Source: Eledone cirrhosa
Lineage: Eukaryota
Direction: 5' to 3'
Length of the DNA stretch: 64,000 nt
Assembly (NCBI GenBank): GCA_964016885.1
Contig: OZ024742.1
Location: 107,136,001 to 107,200,000 of the forward strand
Position 1 is the first letter of the stretch, and every line of letters begins with the position of its first letter. Below the pieces are notes generated by a model, which worked only from the letters and a program-made list of their open reading frames with translations, was not told the DNA's origin and ran no database searches. This document shows positions 61,537-64,000 of this stretch, piece by piece. The position numbers and the translations under genes were made by a program.

Positions 61537-63348
61537 CCCTTTTACGTCTGTTCTTCCCCACTAGCATGGGTTAGATGGGTTGTCCTGTTGTGGGCAGTGG
61601 CTTGATTTCTACAGCTGGATGCCCTTCTTAACACCAACCTCATTTACAGCGAGTGCTGGGTGTTTTTTTTCCGTGGCGCCTACACGTCCACTTTACAGTG
61701 TGGGCTGGGTGCTTTTTTGCCATGGCACCTCCACGACCACTTTGCAGTGGGAGGGGGTGGGGGCATATTGTCTATATGCTTCAGCTTCAACTTGTACCCG
61801 TGAGAAGTCAGGTCTTCTGTATTACTGCGTGACGTAAGAGGTCACGGTCGTGTGTCATTGCCTTTGAGAGGTGCAATTGGGTAAGGTCGGCTTTTATCAC
61901 CTCATACCAGGTCTTCTTGGGTCTCCCCACTCCGCGGCTTCCATTGACTTCTAATGCTATGCACCTTTTATGCAGCTGTCATCCTTCATACGCATCACAT
62001 GTCCATACCAACGCAACCTCCTCTCCTGCACACAGCATTTGATTCCTCTTATGCTCAGTCTCTCTCAATTCGTTTATGCTTTGCTGTTCGCATATATTAC
62101 TATTATACATCCATCGGAGCATGCAGGCTTTGTTTCTTTCTAATCTACGCAAGTCTTCTACAGACAGCGTCCAGGTCTCACTACCATGTAACATTGCTGT
62201 TCGTATAAACGCATCATACAGTCTGCCTTTCATTTTGAGGGAAAAGCCTTTTGCAGCTAGCAGTGGCAGTAACTCCCTCAATTTCTTCCATCCCGTTCTT
62301 AGCCTAATTATTGTACTTTCCGAACACCCACCTCCGCTGCTAATTCAGTCACCTAGGTAGCAGAAGCTGTCTACTGTTGCTACAGAGCCTTCCCAGAGTT
62401 TGGTGGTGCTTGTTTCCTGTGGCTGTTTGCTGCTTGCTGTCCCAGCGCAGCTGCTACATGTAAAGCCTACATTCTTAGTTAAGCTTCCTGAGATCCCACT
62501 ACATCTCTTGGGTACCCATTGTTTGCATTTGGGGCAGAGGATGAAGTTCCTACCTACACCTTTCCTACATACTGAGCAAGGCCATTTGCCTGAGGGGATC
62601 TGGGTTCTTTTTTCTCATCTACTTACGAGGACCTTAGTCTTTGTCAGGTTGACTTTGAGACCATTTCTTTCTAGTCCCTGCTTCCATGTTTGGAATTTCT
62701 TCTCTAGTTCCACCATGGATTCAGCTCTAAGTGCGAGATCATCCACATATAGGAGTTCCCATGGTCATAAACTCCTCCGTTACTGCCTGCAATACTATAA
62801 TGAACAGGAGAGGGCTAAGAACAAAGCCCTGGTGGACACCGACCTGTATGCTAAATTCCTTGCTATAGTCATTGCTAACCCTAACTTTGCTGACTGCTCC
62901 TCTATACATGGCTTGTACAGATTTCACAAGCCATTCATCTACTCCTAATTTTCTAAGAGCCTACCAGATTATAGCACAGGGGACTCTGTCGAAGGCTTTT
63001 TCAGATCGACGAATGCCAGGTAGAGCGGCTTACTTTTAGCTAGGTACTTTTCCTGTAACTGCCTGACCGGGAAGAAGGCATCAGTGGTGCCTTTTCCTGG
63101 TACAAACCCAAATTGCATCTCATCTAGTTTCACCCGGTCCCTAATCAACTTTGCTGACTGCTCCCCTATACATAGCTTGTACAGCTTCCACAAGCCATTC
63201 ATCTACTCCTAATTTTTCTAATAGCACGGGGGACTCTGTCAAAGGCTTTTTCCAGATCAACGAATGCAAGGTAGAGCAGCTTACTTTTAGCTAGGTACTT
63301 TTCCTGCAACTGCCTCACAAGGAAGAGGGCATTTTCCTGGCACAAACC

Positions 63349-63352
<4 letters not shown>
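61537..63352 (-). mobile_element. RTE LINE (subfamily B), 5'-truncated, frameshifted, with duplicated 5' segment
   Basis: EMQFGFVPGKGTTDA, LYLAFVDLEKAFDRVPR, GVHQGFVLSPLLFIIVL and PHD finger; 3' UTR matches 3446-4272. Confidence 0.95.
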
Positions 63353-63392
<40 letters not shown>

Positions 63393-63395
<3 letters not shown>

Positions 63396-63712
63396 TCCAC
63401 ACCACCCCTTTCAATGTAAAGTTATGTTGGTACCACAACATCCAGGCCGAAACAAATGAGGTCGTGTAGGTGTCACGACAAAAAAACACACAGTCGACTC
63501 TGTAATGTGGCCGTGTAGGTAACACGGTAAAAACCTCCCAGTTCCACACTGTAAATGTGGTTGGTGTTAGGAAGGACATCCAGCCGTAGAAAACCCGCCA
63601 GACAGTCCTATGCGAGCAAGACAACCACTCTTGCCTCAAGTGGGAAAACTCCCGTCCAAACCCATGCAAGCGTGGAATATGGACGTTAAACGATGATGAT
63701 GATGATGATGAT
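63393..63712 (+). mobile_element. RTE LINE 3' UTR fragment (subfamily A)
   Basis: Collinear with 59310-59630; (GAT)n tail; follows (TA)n. Confidence 0.92.
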
Positions 63713-63729
63713 CTATATCTATATATATC

Positions 63730-63874
63730 AGATAGGGTGTGGACTATAACCCACCAGAGTACTCGATACTTGGGGTAGTAGAGTGGGTAATATGAAAAGA
63801 TTCAGGACCCTGAGTTTGATCTAACTGTCAAAACAGCCAGAGCTCAGCCGTTGGGGTCCTGAATCTTTTCATAT
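63730..63874 (+). mobile_element. Fold-back element with tail, homologous to 2843-3047
   Basis: Tail CCAGAGTACTCGATACTTGGGGTAGTAGAGTGG then 21-bp arms ATATGAAAAGATTCAGGACCC / GGGTCCTGAATCTTTTCATAT; TA-rich flanks. Confidence 0.65.
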
Positions 63875-64000
63875 ATCTATATATCTATCTATCTCTCTCT
63901 ATATATATAGAGAGAGAGAGAGGTAGAGGTAGATAGATAGACAGATAGATAGATAGATAGATATAGATAGATATATATAATCATCCTCATTTAACATAGA

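Overview
Eukaryotic, AT-rich, repeat-saturated animal DNA, most likely an octopus/coleoid cephalopod (inferred from the SINE/RTE repertoire and extreme microsatellite load). The one host coding sequence I can support is a 112-bp minus-strand exon (44067-43956) encoding MGAQPTKEPR...GNIFAEHN, the myristoylated N-terminal (1b-type) exon of an Abl tyrosine kinase with the phase-1 intron seen in human ABL1. Everything from 43955 down to base 1 is probably its first intron (>43.9 kb). About 28 kb of that intron is an alternating purine/pyrimidine (TA/CA/TG) mosaic with kilobase-scale internal duplications and one 200-N gap; its long (YI)n ORFs are artefacts. The rest is transposon debris: RTE LINEs with an embedded PHD finger, a CR1-like LINE end, two SINE types, piggyBac/hAT/Tigger MITEs and a Helitron in a four-level nest. 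The most interesting signal is a set of small, mostly (TA)n-embedded Penelope-like modules: minimal type-I hammerhead ribozymes and long fold-back hairpins with a one-sided tail. Intact ribozymes lie antisense to Abl, while sense copies are mutated or sequestered. All coordinates were read by eye; repeat boundaries are approximate.
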